A stretch of 64,000 nt of DNA, taken from NCBI GenBank assembly GCA_963714975.1, contig CAVQQD010000003.1, positions 256,001 through 320,000 on the forward strand, written 5' to 3'. The DNA comes from an uncultured Gammaproteobacteria bacterium (GTDB taxonomy: Bacteria; Pseudomonadota; Gammaproteobacteria; JAURND01). Within the stretch, counting starts at the first letter, position 1, and every line of letters begins with the position of its first letter. Below the pieces are notes generated by a model. That model was not told where the DNA came from. It did no database searches and was given only the letters and a program-made list of their open reading frames with translations. The translations under genes were made by a program, and so were the position numbers. Below, piece after piece: positions 51,050-62,026 of the stretch.

Positions 51050-51541
51050 TTAGTGTAAATGGTTGCGGTTCGCTTGTACCAGGAGTCGCTCAATACAAGC
51101 ACTGAAGAATTCATCGGATTGTTGGTCTAGAACCATTAATACGATCCATTGAATATTTGTCGGTGTAATTTCTTTGGGGGATAGTTGCAACAATTGGTCC
51201 AAAACAAGCTCTCGCGTGACTGGGGTTAAGACGCCACTTTGTTCTAAGTTGATTAAGAGCGCTTGGCAGTATTTATCCATTCTACTGATTTCAAAATCCG
51301 AAAGAACGCGGGTGCCGTGTTGGGCTTGGAGGGGATATTCTTCAATTGGGTACTCAAGTGGCGTGTTATCTTCTCTGCAGGTGACTAGATAAGGTAGCCC
51401 TTCTAAAGGGACTTCTAGGTGGTGTAACTTAGAAACCGTTTGCTGTTCATCCGAAACCACAGGCCAGCCTTCGCTAAGCTGTTCGAAAAAATATAATAAC
51501 ATTTGAAATACTTCGTTCATATCAGCGTTGTTAATCCTCAT
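51050..51541 (-). CDS. smg: Smg/DUF494 family protein
   Basis: Lies between dprA and topA; MLLYFFE, RELVLDQ, WIVLMVL. Confidence 0.8.
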   Translation of the reverse strand: MRINNADMNEVFQMLLYFFEQLSEGWPVVSDEQQTVSKLHHLEVPLEGLPYLVTCREDNTPLEYPIEEYPLQAQHGTRVLSDFEISRMDKYCQALLINLEQSGVLTPVTRELVLDQLLQLSPKEITPTNIQWIVLMVLDQQSDEFFSACIERLLVQANRNHLH

Positions 51542-52704
51542 GATTTCATATAACCGCCGGGAACTGATGTAATATACGTTTTTAACTCTAAAGCCGACAG
51601 CATAGACGCTAATTTATGTGTCGGCAAGCCACTTCTGCTGCTTAATTGGTCCAATGTAGTCACCTCATAGCCTATACACTCTAACAGCAGCTGGTGATCT
51701 ACATCAAGAGGATTTTTAAGTTCGGCTACTCCTGCCGTCGTCCTGGCATGGATGCCAGGATCCAGCTCGCAAGGATGTGAGACCTGCTTAAAACTGAGTA
51801 AGGAATGTAATTCTTCGAGGATGTCTTGTACCGTTTGGACCAGTTTTGCTCCCTGCCCAATCAGGCGATGACAGCCTCGTGCTAGCGGATTGTGAATGGA
51901 TCCGGGAATGGCAAAAACTTCTCTTCCTTGCTCGCTTGCCAGCCGTGCGGTAATTAAAGAGCCGCTGCGAAGGGTCGCTTCGACTACCAGCACTCCAAGA
52001 CACAGCCCACTGACAATCCGGTTACGCATTGGGAAATGCTCAGCCTTGGCTTGGGCTTCAATGGGTAATTCGGCTACCACGGCTCCTTGGTTGTTGAGGA
52101 TTTTTTCCACCAGACGTTGGTTTTGATAAGGGTAGATATTTTCTAGGCCGGACCCTAATACCGCGATGGTTTTTCCCTGATTTTTTAGCGCTCCTTGGTG
52201 TGCGCTGGTATCAATTCCCAGGGCTAATCCACTGGTAATAGTGAATCCTTGGGCCGATAGTTGTTGGGCGAAATCTTCGGCTGTTTCTTTACCAGTAGGG
52301 GAGGGATTACGGCTGCCCACGATCGCGAATTGTGTTGTCAGCAAAGTTTCGCGTGCACCCTGAACAAAGAGTAAGGGTGGGGGATGACTAATTTCGCGCA
52401 GTAAAGGGGGATAATCAGCCTCTTGCCAGGTAATGAGGTGTTGATGCTCGCCCTCGGCCCATCTTAAGTTTGCTTCGATGCGTTGCCAAGGGGGGGTGGT
52501 GATGACAGCAATAGCCGCTGGTAATAGACCTAGGGCTGCAAGTTCTGAGCTCCCCATGCTAAATAAATCGCACAATTGCGGGAATTCGCTGACCAGTTTG
52601 TAAAAACTCGCCGGTCCAATGCTGGGAGCATAGCAAAGCGCCAAATAGTAGGCTAAATCTGTTTGGGAACGATGGCTTGCGATCATCGACCCAGTATCTA
52701 CCAA
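51538..52704 (-). CDS. dprA: DNA processing protein DprA
   Basis: AIVGSR, SGLALGID, FPMRNRIVSG, SGSLITA, GREVFAIPG. Confidence 0.97.
   Translation of the reverse strand: MVDTGSMIASHRSQTDLAYYLALCYAPSIGPASFYKLVSEFPQLCDLFSMGSSELAALGLLPAAIAVITTPPWQRIEANLRWAEGEHQHLITWQEADYPPLLREISHPPPLLFVQGARETLLTTQFAIVGSRNPSPTGKETAEDFAQQLSAQGFTITSGLALGIDTSAHQGALKNQGKTIAVLGSGLENIYPYQNQRLVEKILNNQGAVVAELPIEAQAKAEHFPMRNRIVSGLCLGVLVVEATLRSGSLITARLASEQGREVFAIPGSIHNPLARGCHRLIGQGAKLVQTVQDILEELHSLLSFKQVSHPCELDPGIHARTTAGVAELKNPLDVDHQLLLECIGYEVTTLDQLSSRSGLPTHKLASMLSALELKTYITSVPGGYMKS
51735..51780. repeat. Family D palindromic element in the dprA linker
   Basis: GTCGTCCTGGCATGGATGCCAGGATC is the reverse complement of 158-183, with a compensatory pair change. 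Confidence 0.8.
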
Positions 52705-52735
52705 ATGTTGTCACCATACTACTCGTATTCGGAGT

Positions 52736-52763
52736 ATCCCTTCTCCCCAAGGGGAGAAGGGAT
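52736..52763. repeat. Family A hairpin
   Basis: ATCCCTTCTCCCC-AA-GGGGAGAAGGGAT. Confidence 0.75.
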
Positions 52764-52827
52764 AGCTTTACATGGAAATATGTTTAAGATAATGTATAAA
52801 AATCAGTCATTAACCTGGAAATAAAGT

Positions 52828-53067
52828 ATGTCAGATCACGAAACCGAAAATTTTAATTTTGAAACAGCATTGGCTGAATTAAATCAATTGGTCGAAAAGA
52901 TGGAACATGGTAATTTGGATCTAGAAAAATCTTTGCGCGATTTTGAACGTGGCATCTTCCTCGTGCGGCAGTGCCAAGATGCCTTGAAAAAAGCAGAACA
53001 AAAAGTTGAAATTTTACTGAAGGATAGATTAACTCCTTATGACCCCGAACGAGAACAAGCTGAGTGA
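52828..53067 (+). CDS. xseB: Exodeoxyribonuclease VII small subunit
   Basis: FETALAELNQLVEKME...LEKSL..FERG...AEQKV; xseB-ispA-dxs synteny. Confidence 0.96.
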   Translation: MSDHETENFNFETALAELNQLVEKMEHGNLDLEKSLRDFERGIFLVRQCQDALKKAEQKVEILLKDRLTPYDPEREQAE

Positions 53068-53945
53068 ACTCCTTTGCTAATTATCAGCAGGAGCGTTCTG
53101 CTCGCGTGGAGCACGCACTAGAACGGCTGCTACCCGCTGAGAATCAATTACCGCAGCGCTTACATCAGGCTATGCGTTATGCCGTCCTAAACGGTGGGAA
53201 GCGCTTGCGCCCCCTATTGGTATATACTGTGGGTGAAATTTTTGTGGCCGAACTCGCTATCTTGGATATTGCAGCGGCCGCGGTGGAATTAATCCATGCG
53301 TATTCTTTAGTGCATGATGATTTACCGGCGATGGATGACGACGATTTACGTCGTGGCAAGCCTAGCTGTCATGTGGCGTTTGATGAGGCCACCGCGATTT
53401 TAGTCGGTGATGCGCTGCAAAGCTTAGCCTTTGCAGCCTTGGCTAATGCCGACTCTATGAGCTGTTCGCAGCGGCTCATCATGCTACAAACCTTAGCCGC
53501 GGCTTGTGGGTCGATGGGGATGGTGGGAGGCCAATGTTTGGACTTGCAAGCGATCCATGCTAAGTTAAGTTTAGAACAAATTGAAATGCTCTATCTGAAA
53601 AAAACTGGCGCTTTAATCAAGGCCAGTGTGCAATTGGCGCTTCATGCCGCTACTCAGGTCACTGAGCAAGAGCAAGCAGCGCTCAGCCGCTACGCCCATT
53701 ATTTAGGCTTAGGCTTTCAATTGCGCGATGATATTCAGGATATTGAAGGAGATATGACTAGCTTGGGCAAACTGCCTGGGAATGATCGTAAACACAGGAA
53801 ATGTACTTATCCAGAGAAGGTAGGAATTCAGCAAGCAAGAGCTTATTTACAAGGGTTATATGACGCTACTTTGACTGCTATTGCGCCTCTGGAAGAAAAA
53901 ACAACTTATTTACGTGAAATTGCACGCACTATGCTGGTAGAGTAA
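53064..53945 (+). CDS. ispA: Farnesyl diphosphate synthase
   Basis: [33 protein letters not shown]. Confidence 0.96.
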   Translation: MNSFANYQQERSARVEHALERLLPAENQLPQRLHQAMRYAVLNGGKRLRPLLVYTVGEIFVAELAILDIAAAAVELIHAYSLVHDDLPAMDDDDLRRGKPSCHVAFDEATAILVGDALQSLAFAALANADSMSCSQRLIMLQTLAAACGSMGMVGGQCLDLQAIHAKLSLEQIEMLYLKKTGALIKASVQLALHAATQVTEQEQAALSRYAHYLGLGFQLRDDIQDIEGDMTSLGKLPGNDRKHRKCTYPEKVGIQQARAYLQGLYDATLTAIAPLEEKTTYLREIARTMLVE

Positions 53946-55831
53946 TGTATATTGAACTTTTAACCACCATTCAAAGTCCTGCCGACCTGCGGAACCTGTC
54001 TGAAGATCAATTGCCGGAATTGGCACAAGAATTGCGCACCTTTATTTTTTACAGCTTGAATCAATGTGGCGGGCATTTTGCGGCGAGTTTGGGCGCCGTA
54101 GAGCTCACCATTGCGCTGCATTATTTATTTAATACTCCCGAAGACCGGATTATTTGGGATGTGGGGCATCAAGCCTACCCACACAAAATTTTAACTGGCC
54201 GTGCTGATCAATTATCTACAATCCGTTTGACGGATGGATTAGCACCTTTCCCCAGTCGTGAAGAAAGCGTATTTGATTGTTTTGGTACTGGCCATTCTTC
54301 AACTTCGATTAGTGCAGCTTTAGGAATGGCGATTGCGGCACGTCTGCAAAAAACCGGGCGGTCAGCCGTGGCCGTGATCGGGGATGGCGGTTTGACCGGT
54401 GGAATGGCTTTTGAGGCTTTAAATCATGCGGGTAGCATCGATGCCGATTTGCTGGTGGTATTGAATGATAATGAAATGTCAATTTCCAAGAACGTTGGCG
54501 CTTTAACTAATTATTTATCCCGAATTTTATCCAGTAAAGTCTATTGTCATTTTCGTGAGGGTAGTAAAAAAGTTTTGGCGCATCTACCTTCTATGAAGGC
54601 TTTGGCCAAACGTACGGAGGCGCATTTTAAAGGGATGATTACTCCGGGAACTTTATTTGAAGAATTGGGCTTCCACTATTTTGGGCCAATTGATGGTCAC
54701 GATTTAAATAGGCTGTTACCGATGTTGCGCAATATCCGGGAATTAAAAGGGCCTACGTTATTACATGTGATCACAGTAAAAGGCAAGGGCTATCTCCCGG
54801 CGGAAGCCGATCCAGTGGAATACCATGCAGTAAAACCCGGGTTTTATGCGCAGCCAGCGGCATCCGCAGTCACTGTCACTGCACCCAAACCCAAAACTTA
54901 CTCTGAAGTATTTGGGCAATGGCTCTGTGATATGGCATTGCAAGAAGAGCGGTTAGTAGCCATTACTCCGGCCATGTGTGAAGGTTCTGGTATGGTGGCC
55001 TTTGCCCAACAATTTCCTGAACGCTATTTCGATGTCGGGATTGCTGAGCAGCACAGTGTTACTTTAGCCGCGGGTATGGCCTGTGAAGGTTTAAAACCGG
55101 TGGTAGCAATTTATTCTACTTTTTTACAACGTGCCTATGATCAATTAATCCATGATTGTGCTTTGCAAAATCTTGATGTGACTTTCGCGATTGATCGTGG
55201 TGGTTTAGTCGGTGGTGATGGGGCGACGCATAATGGCTGTTTTGATTTGAGTTACCTAAGATGTATTCCTAATCTGATCATTATGGCCCCGGCGGACGAA
55301 AATGAATGCCGGCAAATGCTTTACACAGCCTTCCAACATCCAGGGCCTAGCGCAGTGCGCTATCCTCGTGGGCATGGTCCAGGGATGGCTATTGATTCCA
55401 CCATGACAGCCATTCCGATCGGGCGGGGGGAAATTAAACGCCGAGGAAAGCGCATAGCCATTTTAGCCTTTGGCTCGATGTTAATCCCCTCGATGCAAGT
55501 GGGCGAGTCTTTAAATGCCACGGTAGTCAATATGCGTTTTGTAAAACCCTTGGATTACTCCTTACTGGATGCCCTGGTTGAGCAAGTTGATTTATTGGTA
55601 ACAGTGGAGGAAAATGTGCTTGCCGGTGGCGCAGGCAGTGCTGTGAATGAATATTTAGCCAGCACTGGAAAATCAATGCCTGTGCTCAATTTAGGCCTAC
55701 CAGATCAATTTATTGGCCATGGAAATCCTGCGGATTTACTGGTTGCTTGTGGTTTAGATCCTCAGAGTATTCAGCAACGAATTATGGAGTGCCGGATTTG
55801 TCGTTCCAGCATCAGCAAGGAGGATGTATAA
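53945..55831 (+). CDS. dxs: 1-deoxy-D-xylulose-5-phosphate synthase
   Basis: [30 protein letters not shown]. Confidence 0.98.
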   Translation: MYIELLTTIQSPADLRNLSEDQLPELAQELRTFIFYSLNQCGGHFAASLGAVELTIALHYLFNTPEDRIIWDVGHQAYPHKILTGRADQLSTIRLTDGLAPFPSREESVFDCFGTGHSSTSISAALGMAIAARLQKTGRSAVAVIGDGGLTGGMAFEALNHAGSIDADLLVVLNDNEMSISKNVGALTNYLSRILSSKVYCHFREGSKKVLAHLPSMKALAKRTEAHFKGMITPGTLFEELGFHYFGPIDGHDLNRLLPMLRNIRELKGPTLLHVITVKGKGYLPAEADPVEYHAVKPGFYAQPAASAVTVTAPKPKTYSEVFGQWLCDMALQEERLVAITPAMCEGSGMVAFAQQFPERYFDVGIAEQHSVTLAAGMACEGLKPVVAIYSTFLQRAYDQLIHDCALQNLDVTFAIDRGGLVGGDGATHNGCFDLSYLRCIPNLIIMAPADENECRQMLYTAFQHPGPSAVRYPRGHGPGMAIDSTMTAIPIGRGEIKRRGKRIAILAFGSMLIPSMQVGESLNATVVNMRFVKPLDYSLLDALVEQVDLLVTVEENVLAGGAGSAVNEYLASTGKSMPVLNLGLPDQFIGHGNPADLLVACGLDPQSIQQRIMECRICRSSISKEDV

Positions 55832-55853
55832 AACTACCAAGAGAGTAATTAAA

Positions 55854-57314
55854 ATGAGTGATGAAAACAAATTAGAAGCTAAGCAAAAAAATGCCGATTT
55901 AGCTGTGTTTGCTGACATGCAACTATTTTCAAAATTTATGATCGAACCGTCGGCTTCTCTAGAAGACTCTAAGACCCGCGATTCGAAATTCAAATCTATC
56001 CCACATAACAATGATCAGAAAGGACTATCACCAGAATTGGCTCGAATACATAACTTATTTCGAAATGGCGTGTGGTATCTTAATGACAGAAATTTCCAAA
56101 AGGCTTTCCAGTCATTTTCAGAGGCTGCTAAAGAGGGGCATATGGGGGCGGCATGTGAGCTAGGAGGGATGTACCACTATGGCCGGGGAGTGGAAAAGGA
56201 TTGGTTAGCCGCATCAACATTATATGAATTAGCTTCCCGTGGAGGAAATAATTACGCAACATTTGAGTCAACATGGATCCGTATGAAACAAAAAGATGAG
56301 AATGAGCGGAGATATTACTCCACAGGAACGCGAGTATGGTGGGAGAAACTGCAAGACCTAGAGCCATTCTACCCCTACAACTACAATTATGGTCTGATAC
56401 AATTGCCAAAATCAAAAATTGATCAATTAAGCCCAGAAAAACTCTATGAGTGGGGGATGCATTATTTCAATTTAGAGCAGTACGATAAAGCTGTTGAGTT
56501 GTTTTCTATCGCTTATAACAAGAAGGGGGTGAGTGATCCGGGAGTAAGAGCCGCAGCTCAAGCTTTATGGCGGTGTTATAGGTATGGTCTGGGAGTGCCA
56601 AAAGATTTGGAACAAGCTAAGGAACATCTATCTTTAATAAAACCAAAACCAGCAGAAGCAGAGGAGTGGGGTAAAACTTATGCGAAACAAGGATGGTACG
56701 ATCATGCTTTTGAGATGTTTAGTTGTTACGCTGGTATTTCTTTAGACGGTCTATATATGAAGGGTAAAAGACATTTTGCTAAGGGTCAAAAACATTTAGG
56801 GTCTAAAGACTACGTTGAGGCTTTGATGTGGTTTTCCGTAGCTAGTCATCAGGGTCATAAAAAAGCACCCTTTTATTTAGCTCGCTTTTATGAACAAGGA
56901 ATTGGATGCGATAAGGATTATGCAGTAGCGTTTCGATGGTATAAGCAAGCTTATGAACGGGCTGAAGAACGGACAGATATTTCGCGAACAGCAGCGGCTT
57001 TAGCGCGGTGTTTTAAGAGAGGCTTGGGGGTGGAACAAAATTTTTCCAGTGCTGAGTATTACGCTGAACAAGCCGAACGCGCTTCTCAACAACTGCGTTC
57101 ACAAACTACCTCCTCCGCTCAGTCTTCCTCTCTAGCCTCGCAAAGCACTTCATCGTCACAGTCTGTGCAAAGTGTTTCATCCGCACTTTTAACTTATCCG
57201 GGTACACAATTTGCGCAGCCCCCTAGCCCTCCAAAGATTCAAACTGATACGAGACAAATTCTCTTGCAAAATAACAATGATCAGGTTGCAGGGAACCAGT
57301 GCACAAGGAAATAA
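55854..57314 (+). CDS. Sel1-repeat effector-like protein with a Ser-rich tail
   Basis: LGGMYHYGRGVEKD, CYRYGLGVPKD, YEQGIGCDKD, FKRGLGVEQN. Confidence 0.88.
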   Translation: MSDENKLEAKQKNADLAVFADMQLFSKFMIEPSASLEDSKTRDSKFKSIPHNNDQKGLSPELARIHNLFRNGVWYLNDRNFQKAFQSFSEAAKEGHMGAACELGGMYHYGRGVEKDWLAASTLYELASRGGNNYATFESTWIRMKQKDENERRYYSTGTRVWWEKLQDLEPFYPYNYNYGLIQLPKSKIDQLSPEKLYEWGMHYFNLEQYDKAVELFSIAYNKKGVSDPGVRAAAQALWRCYRYGLGVPKDLEQAKEHLSLIKPKPAEAEEWGKTYAKQGWYDHAFEMFSCYAGISLDGLYMKGKRHFAKGQKHLGSKDYVEALMWFSVASHQGHKKAPFYLARFYEQGIGCDKDYAVAFRWYKQAYERAEERTDISRTAAALARCFKRGLGVEQNFSSAEYYAEQAERASQQLRSQTTSSAQSSSLASQSTSSSQSVQSVSSALLTYPGTQFAQPPSPPKIQTDTRQILLQNNNDQVAGNQCTRK

Positions 57315-57416
57315 AAATGCCATAGGGCGTAGGAAGCGAATCTTTCACATCCTTATGAATTGGATCTCTGCATCCTGCAGGGGACGACGTATAAAACTAT
57401 CATGAGGTAAATTAAA

Positions 57417-58681
57417 ATGAGTGATGAAAACAAATCAGAAGCTAAGCAAAAAAGTGCCGATTTAGCTGTGTTTGCTGACATGCAACTTCAGACGCTGCTA
57501 AAGAGGGGCATATGGGGGCGGCATGTAAGCTAGGAGGGTTGTACGCAGCTGGCAAGGGAGTGGAAAAGGATTCTTTAGCCGCATTAAATTTATATCAATT
57601 AGCTTTACGTGGAGGGAATAACTACGGATATGGTGGGTTCGCTGCTCTTTATCAAAACGGCGTTGCTGGGATGCGAAAAGATGAGAATGAGAGTAACTAT
57701 TACCTCCTAGAACAGTACCTATGGTGGATTAAAGTGCAAACCATAGAGCTAATCTCCCCCTACAACTACGATTATGGTTTGATACAATTGCCAAAATCAA
57801 AAATTGATCAATTAAGCCCAGAAAAACTCTATGAGTGGGGGATGCATTATTTCAATTTAGAGCAGTACGATAAAGCTGTTGAGTTGTTTTCTATCGCTTA
57901 TAACAAGAAGGGGATGGTGGTGGGGGTGAGTGATCCGGGAGTAAGAGCCGCAGCTCAAGCTTTATGGCGGTGCTATAGGGATGGTCTGGGAGTGCCAAAA
58001 GATTTGGAACGAGCTAAGGAACATCTATATTTAATAAAACCAGCAGAAGCAGAGGAGTGGGGTAAAACTTATGCGAAACTAGGATGGTACGATCGTGCTT
58101 TTGAGATGTTTAGTTACGCTAATATTTTTTTAGACGATCTATATCAGAAGGGTCAAAAACATTTAGGGTCTAAAGACTACGCTGAGGCTTTCGCGTGGCT
58201 TTCTGTGGCTAGTCGTCATAGTCATAAAAAAGCACCCTTTTATTTAGCTCAACTTTATGAACAAGGAAATGGATGCGATAAGGATTATGCAGCAGCGTTT
58301 CGATGGTATAAACAAGCTTATGAACGGGCTGAAGAACGGACAGATATTTCGCAAGCAGCAGAGGCTTTAGCGCGGTGTTTTAAGAGAGGCTTGGGGGTGG
58401 AACAAAATTTTTCCAGTGCTGACTATTACGCTGAACAAGCCGAATGCGCTTCTCAACAACTGCGTTCACAAACTACCTCCTCCGCTCAGTCTTCTTCTCT
58501 AGCCTCGCAAAGCGCTTCATCGTCACAGTCTGCGCAAAGTGTTTCATCCCCACTTTTAACTTATCCGGGTACACAATTTGCGCAGCCCCCTAGCCCCCCA
58601 AAGATTCAAACTGATACGAGGCAAATTCTCTTGCAAAATAACAATGATCAGGTTGCAGGGAACCAGTGCACAAGGAAATAA
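57417..58681 (+). pseudogene. Tandem duplicate of the Sel1 gene with a 193-nt 5' deletion and frameshift (ORF resumes at 57512)
   Basis: The ATGAGTGATGAAAAC start is duplicated; start-to-MGAAC distance is 95 nt versus 288 nt in copy 1. Confidence 0.78.
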
Positions 58682-58699
58682 CAATGCCATCCTGGTCTG

Positions 58700-59482
58700 C
58701 TACCAAGCAGTCACTTTCCCATCATAAGCATAAAAAGTTCCGGTTTCGGTGACGGTTGCAATGACCTGACGTATACCGCGAACGCTTTCTGCCACGCTCA
58801 AGGGAGCCGCGGTGCCCCCCATGTCAGTTCTAACCCAGCCTGGGTGAACCACTAACACCTGAATTCCTTGTGCTTGTACATCAAAGGCTAAGTTTTTCAT
58901 CAGGCAATTGCCCGCTGCTTTACTAGCTCGGTAACTGTAGCTAAATCCTCCGCTGATATTATCGTGGATACTCGCCAGATTACTGCTGATATAGATGATT
59001 TTTTTCTGCCGACTCATTTCCACCTGCGAAATAAAGGTTTTGGCAATTTCTACAGGAGCGATCGTATTGGTTAAATATAACTGCTCCAGCAATTCTCGCC
59101 TTATGTCACTGTAATGATGATCTTCTCGGCTGACGATACCGGCATTGAGAATTAACACATCAATCGGCATTTTACTGAGGGTTTTAGCTAAGGCAGCGAC
59201 TTGTTCTGGAACGATGACGTCGAGGGGATGAATGCTGAGATCAGGGAATTGAGCAGCCAGAGTATGCAGACTGATGGCTGATTCGGGTTGGCGGCAACTG
59301 GCCAAAACACGCCAGCCAGCTGCGGCATATTGCCTTGCTAGCTCTAAGCCAATGCCACGACTACTGCCAGTAATTAATACCGTGAATGGGGGGTTCAAGT
59401 CCCTTCTCCCACACCGCTTTTCTATGGGAGAAGGTGGCCGCAGGCCGGATGAGGGTGTATCCGATTGGCACTTTATTTCCAT
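58700..59482 (-). CDS. Short-chain dehydrogenase/reductase (C-factor/CsgA-like)
   Basis: LITGSSRGIG, NAG, YRASK, HPGWVRTDMGG; start ambiguous (ATG at 59482 or TTG at 59398). Confidence 0.92.
   Translation of the reverse strand: MEIKCQSDTPSSGLRPPSPIEKRCGRRDLNPPFTVLITGSSRGIGLELARQYAAAGWRVLASCRQPESAISLHTLAAQFPDLSIHPLDVIVPEQVAALAKTLSKMPIDVLILNAGIVSREDHHYSDIRRELLEQLYLTNTIAPVEIAKTFISQVEMSRQKKIIYISSNLASIHDNISGGFSYSYRASKAAGNCLMKNLAFDVQAQGIQVLVVHPGWVRTDMGGTAAPLSVAESVRGIRQVIATVTETGTFYAYDGKVTAW
59401..59456. repeat. Family A palindromic element at the SDR 5' end
   Basis: CCCTTCTCCCA...TGGGAGAAGGTGGCCGCAGGCCGGATGAGGG. Confidence 0.85.
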
Positions 59483-59520
59483 TGATTGCGCTCATTGTCA
59501 TAGCTAGTTTGTTTCGTAGA

Positions 59521-61842
59521 TTAGGCTTCCTGAGGCGCCACATGTATCGTGACTGTATCACTATCTTCTTTTGTTGTTCCAGAAAAATCTTCCTTGTTAA
59601 GCCTTTTTTCTTCCGTTGGGGTTTGCAATGCAGCTAATGCTTTTGCATAATCAGCTTGATTTGCTAAATTCTCCACCTCTAAGTGATAGTTTGGATATCT
59701 TTTCTTATATTCCTTTGTCAGTTCCTGGTTCTGTTGATTGATTTGACATAATTTAATTAAAGCAAACACCAATAAAATCGTACTAACTCCGCATAAACCA
59801 ACGCCTGCATACAAACCTAAGCTGCCAATTGCTAAATTACTTATATCAAGCCCGCTATCAACAAGCGACAATCCCCCGGCTACGTAGCCTAAACTGGTGC
59901 CGAAAAATGCAGACTTACACCAAAACTTAGATCGCAATTGTAGATTAGGGATTGGGGCTATTAGCGTGTCAAGAGGGTAAACTAAAATTTTTTGTAGCTG
60001 CTCCAGTCCTGCATCCGATTGTTTTTTTTCAAGACATCGTACGCGCTCTTGCTGAATTATAAGAAACAATGCTTGTGATTTTTGTTTGCTAGTTTCCGGA
60101 AATATGAAAGATTTTGATACAATGGCCTCATCTAATGCAATAAAATCTTTAAAAATCTCATTTATATTTCGATACTCATTATTATTAGATGTTAGGTTGT
60201 TTCCCTTTAGAGTCTGCAAAAGAGTAGGTAATTTTGGAATTTCAGACTTTGGATTTTTCTCAATTAACTCAATAATTTCCTTGCGTCGTTTATTTAAGCT
60301 TCTAAAGGTGGCAGTGACGTCCAAGTGGGTAAACTTTGGTTTTCCTTTAGTCAAAAAATTAAAGACAAAATCTAAATTTTGATGAAATGACTGAAGCTGC
60401 TGATAAATTTCTTTATCAGCAGGTTGCAAAAGTAGGAAAGGGTCTTCGAGGGGTAATTTACGGGTAGTTAAGTATTGGTCATCAAGATATTCTTCTACCT
60501 CCAAGCGTTCTTCTACTTCTTCTTTAGTAATGGGACCCGTGTGGTCTTGGCGTGAATCCGAACTTGACTCTTTAGAATATTTTTTTTCCTCTTGCTGATC
60601 GTTGGTTGATTTATCTTTATTATTTTTAGGACAGTGATCCTCAACCAAATGATAAATGATTAAGCTTAAATCTTCTGGCGTGGGTTTAAAATCTGCTTTT
60701 TCATATTTTTGCTTTGCAAGATAGTTGCTCACATAATCTAGAGTTAAAATTTCTGGTTCGGGCTTGGATACTTGTTGATAAATTTCATTTGACCACTTTA
60801 CGATATCATCACAAATATCCCCACTAAAAAATTTAGGGTTGATTAGGGCCTCGCTAAGATCAGGCCGTTGCTGAGGATTTTCCTGGGTTAGGCTTTTAAT
60901 TAGCTCCATTAATCGGGTTAATCTGTCTCGGTCTTCTTTTGGTAGGTCTGAATTGGCTAATTGAGATGCTCTTTGCTTAAGCTTTTCTGCAACCATTGCT
61001 GATTTATTGGAAACTCCAATCGCTTGAAATTTTTGAGTACTTTTGATTCCCCAGGCTGGATGATTACGAATTAATTCAGCTAAGCTTTTGTATAGGATTA
61101 TTCCTAAGGAAAATACATCAGCTTTCTTTAGCTTTACCGGGTTTGATTCCAAGAGTTCCGGTGCAAAATAACTGGGTGAACCACACATTTTAACATCAGG
61201 GTTGGTTCCGTTTTCATTGACTCTGACAATAGTGCCAAGGTCACAATACTTGAAGTATAAAGAACCATGGTTGGTTTCGAAGACCAAAAGATTCTCAAAT
61301 TTTATATCACGATGAACCCTATTGTTTCGATGCAACTTATTTGTTAGTTTGATTAAGCTTTTAGCAATAGTTTCGACTGTGGCTAAGCTTAAAGTCTGCT
61401 TATCCATATAATCGAAAAAAGGTATTTTAGCCGCCAGAAAAATTTCTTGTCTAAATATTCCTCGAAACGTCGCCACTGTTTTATGTGCTAAAGGCCAGGC
61501 AATAGTATTCGCAGAGATGTTTTGGTCGGCGAGTTGTTGTTCTAACATTTCGGGTGAAAACACTGTTGATCGCCGGTGAAGACGCACCAAGGCAGCAGTT
61601 CTAGACCCTTTTTCTTCAGTGTTGTAGGGAATTCCCCGAAATTGACAGCTAATTTTTAGTTGTTCGCTTTGGATGCGGTCTACCTTCTGAACCTCGGCAC
61701 CCGTTTCCCCTTCAATTTCTTTCGCATCCTGAAATAAAGAGTTTATGCGTCTAGCATTGAAAGCTGGATTTGGCTTTACAGTTATGGGTTCTGACTGGGT
61801 TACGCGTTCTAGCCGTTCTAACTGTTGCAACTGTTCTAGCAT
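59521..61842 (-). CDS. Eukaryotic-like Ser/Thr kinase with C-terminal TM helices (effector-like)
   Basis: HRDIKFEN, DLG, GSPSYFAPE, DVFSLG, QRP; two hydrophobic helices near the C-terminus. Confidence 0.88.
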   Translation of the reverse strand: MLEQLQQLERLERVTQSEPITVKPNPAFNARRINSLFQDAKEIEGETGAEVQKVDRIQSEQLKISCQFRGIPYNTEEKGSRTAALVRLHRRSTVFSPEMLEQQLADQNISANTIAWPLAHKTVATFRGIFRQEIFLAAKIPFFDYMDKQTLSLATVETIAKSLIKLTNKLHRNNRVHRDIKFENLLVFETNHGSLYFKYCDLGTIVRVNENGTNPDVKMCGSPSYFAPELLESNPVKLKKADVFSLGIILYKSLAELIRNHPAWGIKSTQKFQAIGVSNKSAMVAEKLKQRASQLANSDLPKEDRDRLTRLMELIKSLTQENPQQRPDLSEALINPKFFSGDICDDIVKWSNEIYQQVSKPEPEILTLDYVSNYLAKQKYEKADFKPTPEDLSLIIYHLVEDHCPKNNKDKSTNDQQEEKKYSKESSSDSRQDHTGPITKEEVEERLEVEEYLDDQYLTTRKLPLEDPFLLLQPADKEIYQQLQSFHQNLDFVFNFLTKGKPKFTHLDVTATFRSLNKRRKEIIELIEKNPKSEIPKLPTLLQTLKGNNLTSNNNEYRNINEIFKDFIALDEAIVSKSFIFPETSKQKSQALFLIIQQERVRCLEKKQSDAGLEQLQKILVYPLDTLIAPIPNLQLRSKFWCKSAFFGTSLGYVAGGLSLVDSGLDISNLAIGSLGLYAGVGLCGVSTILLVFALIKLCQINQQNQELTKEYKKRYPNYHLEVENLANQADYAKALAALQTPTEEKRLNKEDFSGTTKEDSDTVTIHVAPQEA

Positions 61843-61873
61843 AGTATTCCTGATTTAAGTTGAGTTGCTGAAT

Positions 61874-61906
61874 ATCATAGCAGACCGAGCTTAATGTTTT
61901 CTTAGT
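61874..61906 (-). promoter_or_regulatory. PmrA-type box plus -10 element
   Basis: ACTAAG-aaaac-ATTAAG-10 nt-TATGAT upstream of the kinase. Confidence 0.55.
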
Positions 61907-61946
61907 GATTTATGAGTCAACGCGGAGGGCATCTAAAGGGCTGCGA

Positions 61947-62026
61947 TGAGTTATAAATATTCGCTTTATACCTCAGAATAGTTCAAAATCATGAGTTATA
62001 AATCGAGGATGTATAACTCATGATTT
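61947..62026. promoter_or_regulatory. Two related inverted repeats (putative operators) over the Fic promoter and start
   Basis: TGAGTTATAAA-N7-TTTATACCTCA and AAATCATGAGTTATA-N11-TATAACTCATGATTT. Confidence 0.65.

Noticed and set aside
57300-57314. C-terminal CTRK as a CaaX prenylation signal
   Set aside because: Cys is at -4, but Arg and Lys are poor fits to the CaaX consensus.
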